20,000 nucleotides of DNA, from IMG/VR virus record IMGVR_UViG_3300047160_035018. The stretch is one strand, 5' to 3'. The stretch comes from an uncultured virus (IMG/VR IMGVR_UViG_3300047160_035018). Taxonomy: Duplodnaviria > Heunggongvirae > Uroviricota > Caudoviricetes. The translations under genes and the position numbers were made by a program. Below, piece by piece: positions 1 to 8,036 of this stretch (within the stretch, counting starts at the first letter, position 1; each line of letters starts with the position of its first letter). Below the pieces are notes generated by a model, which saw nothing but the letters and a program-made list of their open reading frames with translations, searched no databases and was not told the origin of the DNA.

Positions 1-2
1 CC

Positions 3-320
3 GCACCCGACGGCCGGCGCGTCCCGCTCATGGCCGTGCCCAGCGAAGAGACCTTCGCCGAGAAGTACGCCGGCAAGCTCGTCCAGTGCGAGCGCATCGG
101 CGCCGCCTTCATGGCCGTGAACCTCCGGTTCCTAGAGGACATCATGCCCGAGCCGCCGTGGTTCGTGCACGAGGCGCGCATGATGGGACAGCGTGAGGAG
201 CGCCTCCACGCCTACGGTGAGGACGCGGGCTTCTGCATCGCCGTCCGCGCGCGCGGCGGCACCATCCTCTGCGATGGCCGGTTCCTACCCAAGCACGTCA
301 TGAACGCCGAGCGGCGGTGA
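3..320 (+). CDS. Hypothetical protein (probably 5'-truncated by the window edge)
   Basis: Frame is open from base 3, codon usage is GC3-rich, and the stop overlaps the next start (GTGA). Confidence 0.7.
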   Translation, partial: APDGRRVPLMAVPSEETFAEKYAGKLVQCERIGAAFMAVNLRFLEDIMPEPPWFVHEARMMGQREERLHAYGEDAGFCIAVRARGGTILCDGRFLPKHVMNAERR

Positions 321-667
321 GGTCCATGCGGAGTCTGCGGACCATCCAGCGGTTCTTTCATCGCGAGTACCTCCGGACGAAGGCGCTGACCCGCCAGGAC
401 GACCTCACAGCGGGCCACCTCGCGATTGACGTCGCGACCGAGCGCATGCGCGTGGCCGAGCTCGAACACCTCCTCGAGGAGGCCCGGGAGCGGCTCGCGC
501 GGCGAGTGTGGGAGTTCGAGACCTACCAGTTCCACGGCATCGTGCCCGACCGGAAGGGACTCAAGAAACGCATCGATGCCGAGGCCAAGGAAAAGGTCCG
601 GCGCGCTCTGCGCGACGGCGGAGATCCGGGCCCTTCTGGCACCTCATCGGCGCCGCGCCCGGAGTGA
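317..667 (+). CDS. Hypothetical helical protein
   Basis: GTGA coupling at 317 (alternative ATG at 326); predicted helical/coiled segment RVAELEHLLEEARERL. Confidence 0.7.
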   Translation: MRSMRSLRTIQRFFHREYLRTKALTRQDDLTAGHLAIDVATERMRVAELEHLLEEARERLARRVWEFETYQFHGIVPDRKGLKKRIDAEAKEKVRRALRDGGDPGPSGTSSAPRPE

Positions 668-670
668 CGC

Positions 671-943
671 TCACATCTCGTCGGAGAAGACCCAGTAGTT
701 GCCGGGCGCCACCTGCTTCCGCTTGTGGACGACGCTCGTCCTTCGCTCGATCTGGCGACCGTAGGGGTCATCCCGGGATGCGTCCCCGGTCACGTAGACC
801 AGGTTGCATCCCGGGTCGCCCCATTCCGACTGGTACTGGGGGTGGGCCGGCGAGCCCCACCAGATCGTGACCAGTGCATCGTGAGCGCTTCCGTGCTCGT
901 CGACGTACTTGACCGCCGCTCCGACCTCGTATGTTCGCTCCAT
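671..943 (-). CDS. Small phage hypothetical protein (90 aa)
   Basis: ATG at 943 after GAGGCGGAG. MERTYEVGAAVKYVDEHGSAHDALVT...NLVYV...DPYGRQIERRTSV resembles a recurrent small phage protein. Confidence 0.75.
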   Translation of the reverse strand: MERTYEVGAAVKYVDEHGSAHDALVTIWWGSPAHPQYQSEWGDPGCNLVYVTGDASRDDPYGRQIERRTSVVHKRKQVAPGNYWVFSDEM

Positions 944-993
944 CTCCGCCTCGCTCTCCGCGGCTCCGTCGCCGCGCAGAACGCGCCGGGACG

Positions 994-1083
994 CTACTTC
1001 TTCTTGCAGATCCGACGACCGCGAGGGTGCTTGAGCTTCCCATGCTTGCAGGGGTGCTTCTTCTTGCGCTTGTGCTTGGCCAT
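994..1083 (-). CDS. 29-aa highly basic peptide MAKHKRKKKHPCKHGKLKHPRGRRICKKK
   Basis: Translated by hand; not in the ORF track. SD GAGGGAG upstream of ATG 1083, TAG at 996-994, all Lys codons AAG. Confidence 0.75.
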   Translation of the reverse strand: MAKHKRKKKHPCKHGKLKHPRGRRICKKK

Positions 1084-1177
1084 GTCGTTCTCCCTCGTGG
1101 TTGGGTTGTCCGTGGACGAGCATCGCGTGACCCGGCCAGGGACGTCAATGAAAGGTGCCGTTTTTCTCCGTGGGGCC

Positions 1178-1183
1178 TATGGT
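1178..1183 (+). promoter_or_regulatory. Candidate -10 element (TATGGT) of a leaderless transcript
   Basis: TAnnnT hexamer 6 nt before ATG 1190; same geometry as 4147-4152. Confidence 0.35.
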
Positions 1184-1189
1184 GGGGTC

Positions 1190-1717
1190 ATGGCCTTCGA
1201 CGTGGGAACGAGTTGCGTGATCGAGGAGACCTTCCAGCTCCCGGCCTGCCTTCAGGGCGACCCGGACACGCTGAAGCTCCACGCCGCGATCTCAAAGGTC
1301 ACGACCTACCTCCAGGATCACTGGATCCCGAAGGACCCGTTCGACGTGCCCTACGTCTACCGGACGGCGTACCTCCCCGACTACGTGACGGCGAACGACA
1401 GCGCGGCGCTGGGCCGCATCATGCGCCAGGCCGTGGCCCGCGGCATCAGCCTGCCCGTCCTCCTCGGTCCCCTCGTGGCGAGTGGCCCGGACGTCCAGGT
1501 CACGCCCGATGATGTCGTCTACGTCGCCGCCAACGCCGGCCCCATCGCCGATGCGATGGACCCACTGCTGACAGAGATCCAGGCCGTCGACGCCGTGACG
1601 CCGCCGCCCGCCACGAACTGGCTCTTTGTCACCGCGGTCGTCGCCGGGGCCCTCCTTCTCGGCGCGGCCATCGCCGGCGCCTACACCGAGCACATGAAGG
1701 ACCGCCGTGCGGCCTAG
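1190..1717 (+). CDS. C-terminally membrane-anchored hypothetical protein (175 aa)
   Basis: ATG 1190 (MAFDVGTSCV...). C-terminal hydrophobic helix WLFVTAVVAGALLLGAAIAGAY followed by a basic tail. The track's upstream extension overlaps minus-strand genes. Confidence 0.75.
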   Translation: MAFDVGTSCVIEETFQLPACLQGDPDTLKLHAAISKVTTYLQDHWIPKDPFDVPYVYRTAYLPDYVTANDSAALGRIMRQAVARGISLPVLLGPLVASGPDVQVTPDDVVYVAANAGPIADAMDPLLTEIQAVDAVTPPPATNWLFVTAVVAGALLLGAAIAGAYTEHMKDRRAA

Positions 1718-3704
1718 CTTCCTCGGAGGAGGCGATTTCGGTCTGGGCGAGCTCGCGGCCGAACCGACTGTTCAGGCGCAGTTGAGTAACCAGTTCGACA
1801 AACTCCGTCACTTCCCCGGTCGGCGCAACTGGGATCTTCTCTATGGTCAGATGATCCATGGTCCGATCGCTGGTTACCAACCCTGGGTCGTCGTTGATGC
1901 GCGCAAGCCGGGCCGTGCCCAGATCATCGGCCCACACTTTTCGACGGAGATGGCTCTCGTGACTGCGGTCGAGAAGCACGACACCACCGAGGGGGACCTC
2001 GCGAACATTCTGCGTGAGATGCGCTACAAGAGCCGAGCACCGGCAGCGCGCGTTCCGCAACTGGTCTACACGTACTACGACTTGCCCGGCGTGAAGTACG
2101 GTCGGACCGACGACGACCGATGGCAGGCGTACGACGTGACCGGGGACCGGCCCGTGCCGCTCGGGCCGAGCTACGAGAGCCAGGGCGAGCTCGTCGCGGC
2201 GTTCGACTTCCTGTCGCGCGAGCCCGCAACGTTCCGCAAGGAAGCACGAGCCCTCGTCAAGCGGCGCCAACGCGAGAAGGCCCAGAAGGCCCAGAGGGCC
2301 AAGAAGCCCCAGCCGTCCCCAGCGACGAAGACCCAGAGCCGAGGGGTCAAGCCCTTCGCGCTCATGATCAACCCGAAGACCCTCGATCTCGTCGAGATGT
2401 ACCGGAGTCCGAGTCACAACTACCGCCTGGGCTTCCTCGGCAAGCCCGAGTCCTGCATCGCCAACGCCTACACGGCCGAGGACGCCGATCTGGATGGCCA
2501 GTCCTACGTCCGCATCCACTCGCCGGGCACCTGTGAGAACCCCGCCGACTTCTCTGTTGGCGGTGTGAACCCCGAGTACCAGGGCGACAAGTACGGCCTC
2601 CTCCTCTACGCCGGCGTTGCCGTCGACGCCTACCTGAACCGTGACTATAAGGGCGTCTTCTCCCAGGAGGGCACCCGCTCGCGCGATGCCGACAAGCTCT
2701 GGTCGGGTCTCGTCAAGCACGGGACCGCCCACGACGTCGAGGGTCACCTCGCGACCGAGGAAGAGGTCGAGAACACAGATCAGTTCTGCTGCGAGGTCGA
2801 AGCGCCGGGCCAAGCCTGGTTCGACGTGCGGCGGAACGGCTCGAAGGTCTACCGGAAGGAGATCTGCGAGAACCTCGACTACACCGAGATGGTCGAGTCC
2901 GACGACGCCGGGACCTTCCAGGTCATCAAGGGTGAGGAGATGCTCGACTCCGGCTTCGTCCTCTGGGCCTCGAACCTCGAGGACGATGCCCAGACGGCCC
3001 CCGTCGACCTCGCCGTCCGGGCGAAGGTCAAGGACAAGGACGGCGCGCTCCGGCTCGGGCAGATCCTACGCGACAAGTACGGCGAGACGGCCTATCTCTC
3101 GTTCATGGGACGCACCGACATCCGCGAGCTCTTCGGCCAGCACCGCCTGCCCGGGATCTCCGGCACCGCCAAGCCGCCCGAACTCCCACCTCTCTCGGAC
3201 CGGTCCAAGCGCCTCATCGCGCTCTTTGACGACCTCCCCGCCGTCGGTAAGGACCTCGAAGGACCCGACATCACCTCAGCCATGACCTCTGCGCGGTCGA
3301 GCTCGGGCCGCGACCTCGATGGCCCCGCGCTCGATGGCCCCGCGCTCGGAGATCTCGGGGCCCGTCCGCGGCGCGCCGAGGAACCCGAGGGGAACGAGCG
3401 CATGGACCTCCTCGCCGAGCGGGACCGGCTCTGGCGAGAGCAGGAGCGCTGGGCCTTCCGCTCGGGCCCCGCCGCCCGCAAGAAGGAAAACGAGATCGAG
3501 GCCGAGATCCACAGGGTGGAGGAGCGAATCCGGGCCCTGCCGCGGACCACCCTGGAAGGGATCTACGCGGGGTCCGGGACGGCCATCGTCCTCGTCTTGG
3601 CCGGCGGCGCACTCCTCGGCGGGCTCCTCTGGGCCCTCCTCCGGGCCCACCCGGCCCCGGTGGCCCCGGTCCCCTTGAACCCACTCCAAGGAGCATGGCG
3701 ATGA
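1707..3704 (+). CDS. Large multidomain protein with duplicated N-terminal module, GNAT-like domain and C-terminal TM helix
   Basis: 665-aa ORF. GNAT motif-A-like VNPEYQGDKYGLLLY and downstream SRDADKLWSGL; TM AIVLVLAGGALLGGLLWALL near the C-terminus. Confidence 0.75.
   Translation: MRPSFLGGGDFGLGELAAEPTVQAQLSNQFDKLRHFPGRRNWDLLYGQMIHGPIAGYQPWVVVDARKPGRAQIIGPHFSTEMALVTAVEKHDTTEGDLANILREMRYKSRAPAARVPQLVYTYYDLPGVKYGRTDDDRWQAYDVTGDRPVPLGPSYESQGELVAAFDFLSREPATFRKEARALVKRRQREKAQKAQRAKKPQPSPATKTQSRGVKPFALMINPKTLDLVEMYRSPSHNYRLGFLGKPESCIANAYTAEDADLDGQSYVRIHSPGTCENPADFSVGGVNPEYQGDKYGLLLYAGVAVDAYLNRDYKGVFSQEGTRSRDADKLWSGLVKHGTAHDVEGHLATEEEVENTDQFCCEVEAPGQAWFDVRRNGSKVYRKEICENLDYTEMVESDDAGTFQVIKGEEMLDSGFVLWASNLEDDAQTAPVDLAVRAKVKDKDGALRLGQILRDKYGETAYLSFMGRTDIRELFGQHRLPGISGTAKPPELPPLSDRSKRLIALFDDLPAVGKDLEGPDITSAMTSARSSSGRDLDGPALDGPALGDLGARPRRAEEPEGNERMDLLAERDRLWREQERWAFRSGPAARKKENEIEAEIHRVEERIRALPRTTLEGIYAGSGTAIVLVLAGGALLGGLLWALLRAHPAPVAPVPLNPLQGAWR
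3315..3348 (+). repeat. 15-bp tandem repeat (CTCGATGGCCCCGCG x2 plus partial) encoding LDGPA-LDGPA-L
   Basis: Exact in-frame repeat read directly from the sequence. Confidence 0.9.
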
Positions 3705-4117
3705 CCGGCAAGGACATCCTCATCGGTCTCGGCATCGGTGTCGCCGGGGCCCTCGTCGGCGCCGCCATCGTGATCCGGCGCGCCTCCACCCTGACCCTCC
3801 TCGGCGAGGGACTGGACGGCCGGGTCATCGCGCTCGAGGGCCGGGTCGGGGTCCTCGAAGAGCGCGCCGACCACGGTATGGAACTCCTCGCCGGCTTCGG
3901 ATCGCGCATCGAGGTCCTCGAACGGAGACGGCCCCAGATCGAGTACGTCTTTCACCAGGTGCCCCAGCAGGTGCCGATGCCCCAGCAGGCACCTCAGGCG
4001 ATGGCGCCCCGGCCGCCGGCGCCGCGGCCCGTGGTTCCGCTCCTCTCGGCGCCCGACACGCGCGACGACTACAACGACATGCTGGCCCGCCGGTTCTCGC
4101 GGCTCGAGCTCAACTAG
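3695..4117 (+). CDS. N-terminally membrane-anchored coiled-coil protein
   Basis: TM ILIGLGIGVAGALVGAAIVI, heptads RVIALEGRVGVLEERA, Pro/Gln-rich tail. SD AAGGAG; alternative start 3701 (ATGA overlap). Confidence 0.8.
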   Translation: MAMTGKDILIGLGIGVAGALVGAAIVIRRASTLTLLGEGLDGRVIALEGRVGVLEERADHGMELLAGFGSRIEVLERRRPQIEYVFHQVPQQVPMPQQAPQAMAPRPPAPRPVVPLLSAPDTRDDYNDMLARRFSRLELN

Positions 4118-4124
4118 CCTTTCA

Positions 4125-4152
4125 TTTACTGGAGCGTATCGGGGCGTACCAT
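4125..4152 (+). promoter_or_regulatory. Candidate sigma70-type promoter (TTTACT-N16-TACCAT) for a leaderless lysis-operon transcript
   Basis: Lies in the only intergenic gap before the lysis operon; -10 is 6 nt before ATG 4159; no SD. Confidence 0.4.
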
Positions 4153-4158
4153 GGTTCC

Positions 4159-4572
4159 ATGCTGGCACGTGAAGTCCCCATCCTGCCCGCGACGCCAGAG
4201 CCACGGTCCCCATGGCGCCAACTCTGGCTGATGATCCAGTTCGGGGTGCTCCTCGGCGCCTTCGTGGTGGTGACACTCAGCATCGCGATGCTGCGCGCTC
4301 CGGCGGAGGGCCTGACGCTCCGCGAGCCGGCCGCGGCCATCATCTTCGAGCTCGAGAACGCTAGCGTGGACACGCCCGTCGCCGTCTGTGCGGCCGAGCC
4401 CGGCCGCCCTTTCGACGTCCGGCCCCTCTGGGTGCAGGTCACCATCGTGGCCTTGGTCTCGACGACGGCCGCGGCGCTGGGCACGATCCTTACGCGGTGG
4501 CTCTTTCCCCCTTCCGCCCGCCCAGGCCCGTCAGCCCCGCCCGCCGAGCACGGCCACTGGAGCGGTGAGTGA
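4159..4572 (+). CDS. Two-TM membrane protein (possible holin/antiholin)
   Basis: Two hydrophobic helices (LWLMIQFGVLLGAFVVVTLSIAML; LWVQVTIVALVSTTAAALGTIL); first gene of the coupled operon containing the endolysin. Confidence 0.65.
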   Translation: MLAREVPILPATPEPRSPWRQLWLMIQFGVLLGAFVVVTLSIAMLRAPAEGLTLREPAAAIIFELENASVDTPVAVCAAEPGRPFDVRPLWVQVTIVALVSTTAAALGTILTRWLFPPSARPGPSAPPAEHGHWSGE

Positions 4573-4985
4573 GCCAGGGACCCGAACAGGGCGCGCCGTC
4601 GGGTCCGGTCGTCGACCCGCCGAGCGCGGGCTCGCACCAGGGGTGGACCATCGGCGAGCGTCTGGCATTCCTTCAGGGCATGGTGAGCGAGTACAAGGAG
4701 CACACACCCTCGTTCGAGCAGATGCGCCTCGAAGTCACCGGCGCCGCGAACCGGATCGAGACCGCGATGAAGAAGTCGCTCGATGAGCGCGGCCTGCCCA
4801 CGCCCGTTCGCATGCTGGGCTGGCTCCTCGGCGCCGTGGTCGCGATCGTCGCCACGTCGCTCGGCGTCGGCTGGAAGCTGAACCAGGAGATATCGGCGTT
4901 CGAGCTCCAGACCCACGACCTCGAGCGGGACGTCCTCGATCTCAACAAGCGGGTCGAGGCGCTCTCCCAAAAGGTGCACCCGTGA
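4569..4985 (+). CDS. Single-TM coiled-coil protein
   Basis: GTGA coupling; TM MLGWLLGAVVAIVATSLGVGW followed by coiled coil. Confidence 0.75.
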   Translation: MSQGPEQGAPSGPVVDPPSAGSHQGWTIGERLAFLQGMVSEYKEHTPSFEQMRLEVTGAANRIETAMKKSLDERGLPTPVRMLGWLLGAVVAIVATSLGVGWKLNQEISAFELQTHDLERDVLDLNKRVEALSQKVHP

Positions 4986-5167
4986 GTTGGTCCATCGAGC
5001 GCATCGAGAAAAAGCTCGACCAGCTCTCCGAGAGCGTCGACAAGCTCGTGACCTTGGTCGAGATCCTCATCCACGTCGCCACGAACCAGGGCGCGACGAC
5101 CCTCGAGACCGACGCCGCGCTCCTTGTCCGGCTCGCCGACAAGATCCACTCCGAGAGGCACGCTTGA
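4982..5167 (+). CDS. Small coiled-coil hypothetical protein
   Basis: Overlaps both neighbours by 4 nt; IERIEKKLDQLSESVDKL heptads. Confidence 0.7.
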   Translation: MSWSIERIEKKLDQLSESVDKLVTLVEILIHVATNQGATTLETDAALLVRLADKIHSERHA

Positions 5168-5949
5168 GCGTTGTCATCGACGGCAAGCCCGAGCTCGTGC
5201 CCGGCATCGCATCGGCCTCATTCCTCGACGCGCCGTCGATGCGGGTTCTCCGCGAGGACCGGAGGCCGCGCATCACGAGTTGGATCCGCTCGATCATCCT
5301 CCACACGACGGTCGGTGACGAGCCCCAGGTCGTCCGGCCCGGAAAGGGGACCGGGGGGATGGCGGCGCGTACCGTCGGCGCGTGGCAGACCGACTACCGG
5401 CACGCCGGCTCGCACCTCATCATCGACGGCGACGGCTCGGTCTTCTGTCTCGCCGACCTCCTCCGCGAGGCCACCTATCACGCGACCACCATCAACGAGG
5501 TCTCGGTCGGGATCGAGATCTGCCAGAGCCCCGGCCTCGAGATCTGGCAGGCCCAGATCGATGCGGCGATCGCACTCTGCGACTGGCTGACCGGTCGGTT
5601 CGGGATCCAGCAGCAGATCCACGCGCCGTACCGCCCGAACTACCCGGTCCGGCGGCTCGCCAACGGCGGGCTCGACTGCGTGGGGATCTTCGGCCACCGG
5701 GACCAGACCGACCAGCGTGGCCGCGGCGACCCGGGTGACGCGGTGCTCGCCGCGCTGCAGCTCGCCGGCTACGAGTCCTTCGACTATGCCTCGGACCACG
5801 ACAAGGAGGCCTGGCGCCTGCGCCAGAGCGCACTCGGCGTTGGCGCCGACGGTATCCCCGGTCCGGACACCGTTCGAGCGCTCCTCGCGGCCGGCTACCC
5901 GCAGGGCTTGTGGGCCATGCGCGCCTCTCCCGCCCCGGACGCCGCATGA
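5164..5949 (+). CDS. Endolysin: N-acetylmuramoyl-L-alanine amidase (Amidase_2) with C-terminal peptidoglycan-binding motif
   Basis: Motifs IILHTT, SHLIIDGDG, YHA, NEVSVGIEI, FGHRD...DPG; PG-binding-like QSALGVGADGIPGPDT. TTG start at 5164 (TTGA overlap, SD GAGAGG). Confidence 0.9.
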   Translation: MSVVIDGKPELVPGIASASFLDAPSMRVLREDRRPRITSWIRSIILHTTVGDEPQVVRPGKGTGGMAARTVGAWQTDYRHAGSHLIIDGDGSVFCLADLLREATYHATTINEVSVGIEICQSPGLEIWQAQIDAAIALCDWLTGRFGIQQQIHAPYRPNYPVRRLANGGLDCVGIFGHRDQTDQRGRGDPGDAVLAALQLAGYESFDYASDHDKEAWRLRQSALGVGADGIPGPDTVRALLAAGYPQGLWAMRASPAPDAA

Positions 5950-6272
5950 GGGAGAAGCTCACCAAACTCGAAGGGCTCGTCGCCGAGGCCGTGAAGGAAG
6001 CCGAGACCAACGAGGCCACGATCAACGGGCTCCGGGCCGAGCTCGCAGAGCACGTGACCGAGTGCGCCGGCGCGCGCGCGGCGCTCCACGCCGACTTCGA
6101 GGCCGAGTTCAAGCGACACGCCGCCGTCGAGGAGGTGGTCCACAAGCGGCTCTCGTCGGACTTCGACCTCGCGGCCGCACGCCGGCACCGGCTCGTCGAC
6201 TACTTCTACCGACTCCAGAAGGACCTGGACGACATCAAGGACGCCCTCGAGGCGGAGGAGCAAGGCTCATGA
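5946..6272 (+). CDS. Coiled-coil hypothetical protein (108 aa)
   Basis: ATGA overlap with the amidase stop; helical heptads throughout. Confidence 0.75.
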   Translation: MREKLTKLEGLVAEAVKEAETNEATINGLRAELAEHVTECAGARAALHADFEAEFKRHAAVEEVVHKRLSSDFDLAAARRHRLVDYFYRLQKDLDDIKDALEAEEQGS

Positions 6273-6937
6273 CCGACCAAGCGACAACGACGATCACCCC
6301 GACCCCGGCCGCTCCGCCGGACCCGGGCTATACGACGACGGAGTTCTACATGTCGCTCGCCGCCGTCATCCTGGGCGCGTTCATCGCGTCGGGACTCTTC
6401 CCGTCCGACTCCATCGTGATGAAGATCACCGGGATGGTCTCGAGCGTCCTTGCCGCCTTCGGCTACAGTCTGTCCCGCGGCATCGTCAAGGCGGCCTACC
6501 ACCGGGCCCAGGCGGCACTGCCGGCGGCCGCCGCGGTCGCGCTGGCCCTCCACCTTTCGGCCTGCGCCTGCACCGGAAGTGGCGCGAACAGCGTCGCGTG
6601 TGTGGTCCAGCACGACCTCATCGACTGCTCCGAGTCCACGCTCGTCACCGAGGCGCCCGGGTTCTTGCCGTTCGTCTTCGAGATCGCCACCTTGCTGACT
6701 GGCCAGGGCGGGACCTTCGACTGGAGCGGGTTCGAGGCGGCGCTGGCCAAGCTGCCCTTGAAGGATGCCGCCTGCGTGGCCGGCGAGCTCGAGGCATCGT
6801 TCGGGGCGCCGACCATGAAGGCCTCGCCCTTCGCGGTCCGCGTCGCCGAGGGCTACGAGGCCGGGTGGCGCGCCTGGATGGGGAAGACGTTCCCCACGGG
6901 CACGCGGGTCAAGGTCAGAAGCGGGGCAACCCTGTGA
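6269..6937 (+). CDS. Holin-like membrane protein fused to a lipobox-bearing C-terminal domain
   Basis: PGYTTTEFY...GYSLSRG..K pattern of small two-TM phage holins, then AAAAVALALHLSAC (Cys99) and about 120 further aa. SD GGAGGAG, ATGA overlap. Confidence 0.65.
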   Translation: MTDQATTTITPTPAAPPDPGYTTTEFYMSLAAVILGAFIASGLFPSDSIVMKITGMVSSVLAAFGYSLSRGIVKAAYHRAQAALPAAAAVALALHLSACACTGSGANSVACVVQHDLIDCSESTLVTEAPGFLPFVFEIATLLTGQGGTFDWSGFEAALAKLPLKDAACVAGELEASFGAPTMKASPFAVRVAEGYEAGWRAWMGKTFPTGTRVKVRSGATL

Positions 6938-7689
6938 CGCTCCGGCTCGGCAAGCTTCCGCCGCGGGTCGACCCGCGCACGCTCCAGATGGCGAAGTACC
7001 TCGTCAGTTCCGGTGGGCCACTGCCGGCGCCGCCGGCGCGCCGTACATGGTCCCAGGCGGCCTCACCGGCCTGGGGCATGATGAAGAACGACGAGCTCGG
7101 CGACTGCACGTGCGCGGCCGCGGGCCACGCCATCCAGGTCTTCTCGGCGAACGCCGAAGCGGAGATCACGCCGACCGACGACCAGATCCTCGCCGCGTAC
7201 GAGGGCGCGTGCGGCTACGTCCCGGGCCAGCCCGACACCGATCGCGGCGGCGTCGAGCTCGACGTCCTCTCTTACTGGCAGAAGACCGGCATCGCCGGGG
7301 TCCAGATCGAGGCCTTCGCCGCGTGCGAGCCGGGGAACCATACCCACGTCAAGGCGGCCATCGACCTCTTCGGCGGCTGCTACATCGGGCTCGCCTTGCC
7401 CGCGTCGGCCCAGCGCCAGGTGGGCTCGGTCTGGTCCGTGGTCGCCGGACCATCGGCCGAGCCGGGCTCCTGGGGCGGCCATGCCGTGTTCGTGCCGGAC
7501 TACGACCGCCACGGCCTCACGTGCATCACCTGGGGCCAGCCGCAACGCATGACGTGGGGCTTCTGGCGGAAGTACACCGACGAGGCCTACGCGCTCCTCT
7601 GCCCGGACCTCTGGGCGCCGAATGGCGTCGCGCCGTCGGGGTTCGACATCGCCGCGCTGCGTGCCGATCTGGCACTCGTGGCGGGGTAA
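6934..7689 (+). CDS. Papain-like cysteine peptidase
   Basis: WGMMKNDELGDCTCAAAGH (catalytic Cys region), WGGHAV (His), ITWG; GTG start at 6934 by GTGA overlap. Confidence 0.8.
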   Translation: MTLRLGKLPPRVDPRTLQMAKYLVSSGGPLPAPPARRTWSQAASPAWGMMKNDELGDCTCAAAGHAIQVFSANAEAEITPTDDQILAAYEGACGYVPGQPDTDRGGVELDVLSYWQKTGIAGVQIEAFAACEPGNHTHVKAAIDLFGGCYIGLALPASAQRQVGSVWSVVAGPSAEPGSWGGHAVFVPDYDRHGLTCITWGQPQRMTWGFWRKYTDEAYALLCPDLWAPNGVAPSGFDIAALRADLALVAG

Positions 7690-8036
7690 TGAGCGTGCCG
7701 ATCGACATCGGCCACGGTGTGACCATCGCGTGGACTGGATGGTATCCTGATCGGGGTCTGAACCCTCAGTACGACGGTATCCCGGACATCGAGCGCGTCG
7801 GGTTCATCGTCGAGCACGATAACCCGAAGTCGCCGACTGGGCGGTGCCAGGGTTTCTGCTACGTAGATACGCCAGAGACGGCACGCATCATCCCGGACGG
7901 TCGACATCGCTGGCAGGTCCTCTCGTGGGAGCCATTGACCCTCGCGCCGTCGATCTTGTGCAAGAGCCGGAATCCGGACGGCACCGAGTGCGGCTCCCAC
8001 GGCTACATCCGCGATGGCAGGTGGGTCCCGGCGTGA
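7689..8036 (+). CDS. DUF6527-like Cys/His metal-binding protein
   Basis: C-terminal PLTLAPSILC...CGSHGYIRDGRWV signature; TAATG overlap start. Confidence 0.6.
   Translation: MSVPIDIGHGVTIAWTGWYPDRGLNPQYDGIPDIERVGFIVEHDNPKSPTGRCQGFCYVDTPETARIIPDGRHRWQVLSWEPLTLAPSILCKSRNPDGTECGSHGYIRDGRWVPA

Noticed and set aside
725..1189. N-terminal extension of the 725-1717 ORF
   Set aside because: Overlaps two better supported minus-strand genes; ATG 1190 is preferred.
1629..2813. Long antisense ORFs (1629-2813 minus; likewise 12076-13371 plus and 4122-4979 minus)
   Set aside because: Expected shadows of GC3-rich genes on the other strand; no motifs or start signals.
4163..4178. TGGCACG as a sigma54 promoter (also half-sites at 9318-9324 and 13988-13994 on minus)
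   Set aside because: No GC at the -12 position with the required 10-nt spacing.
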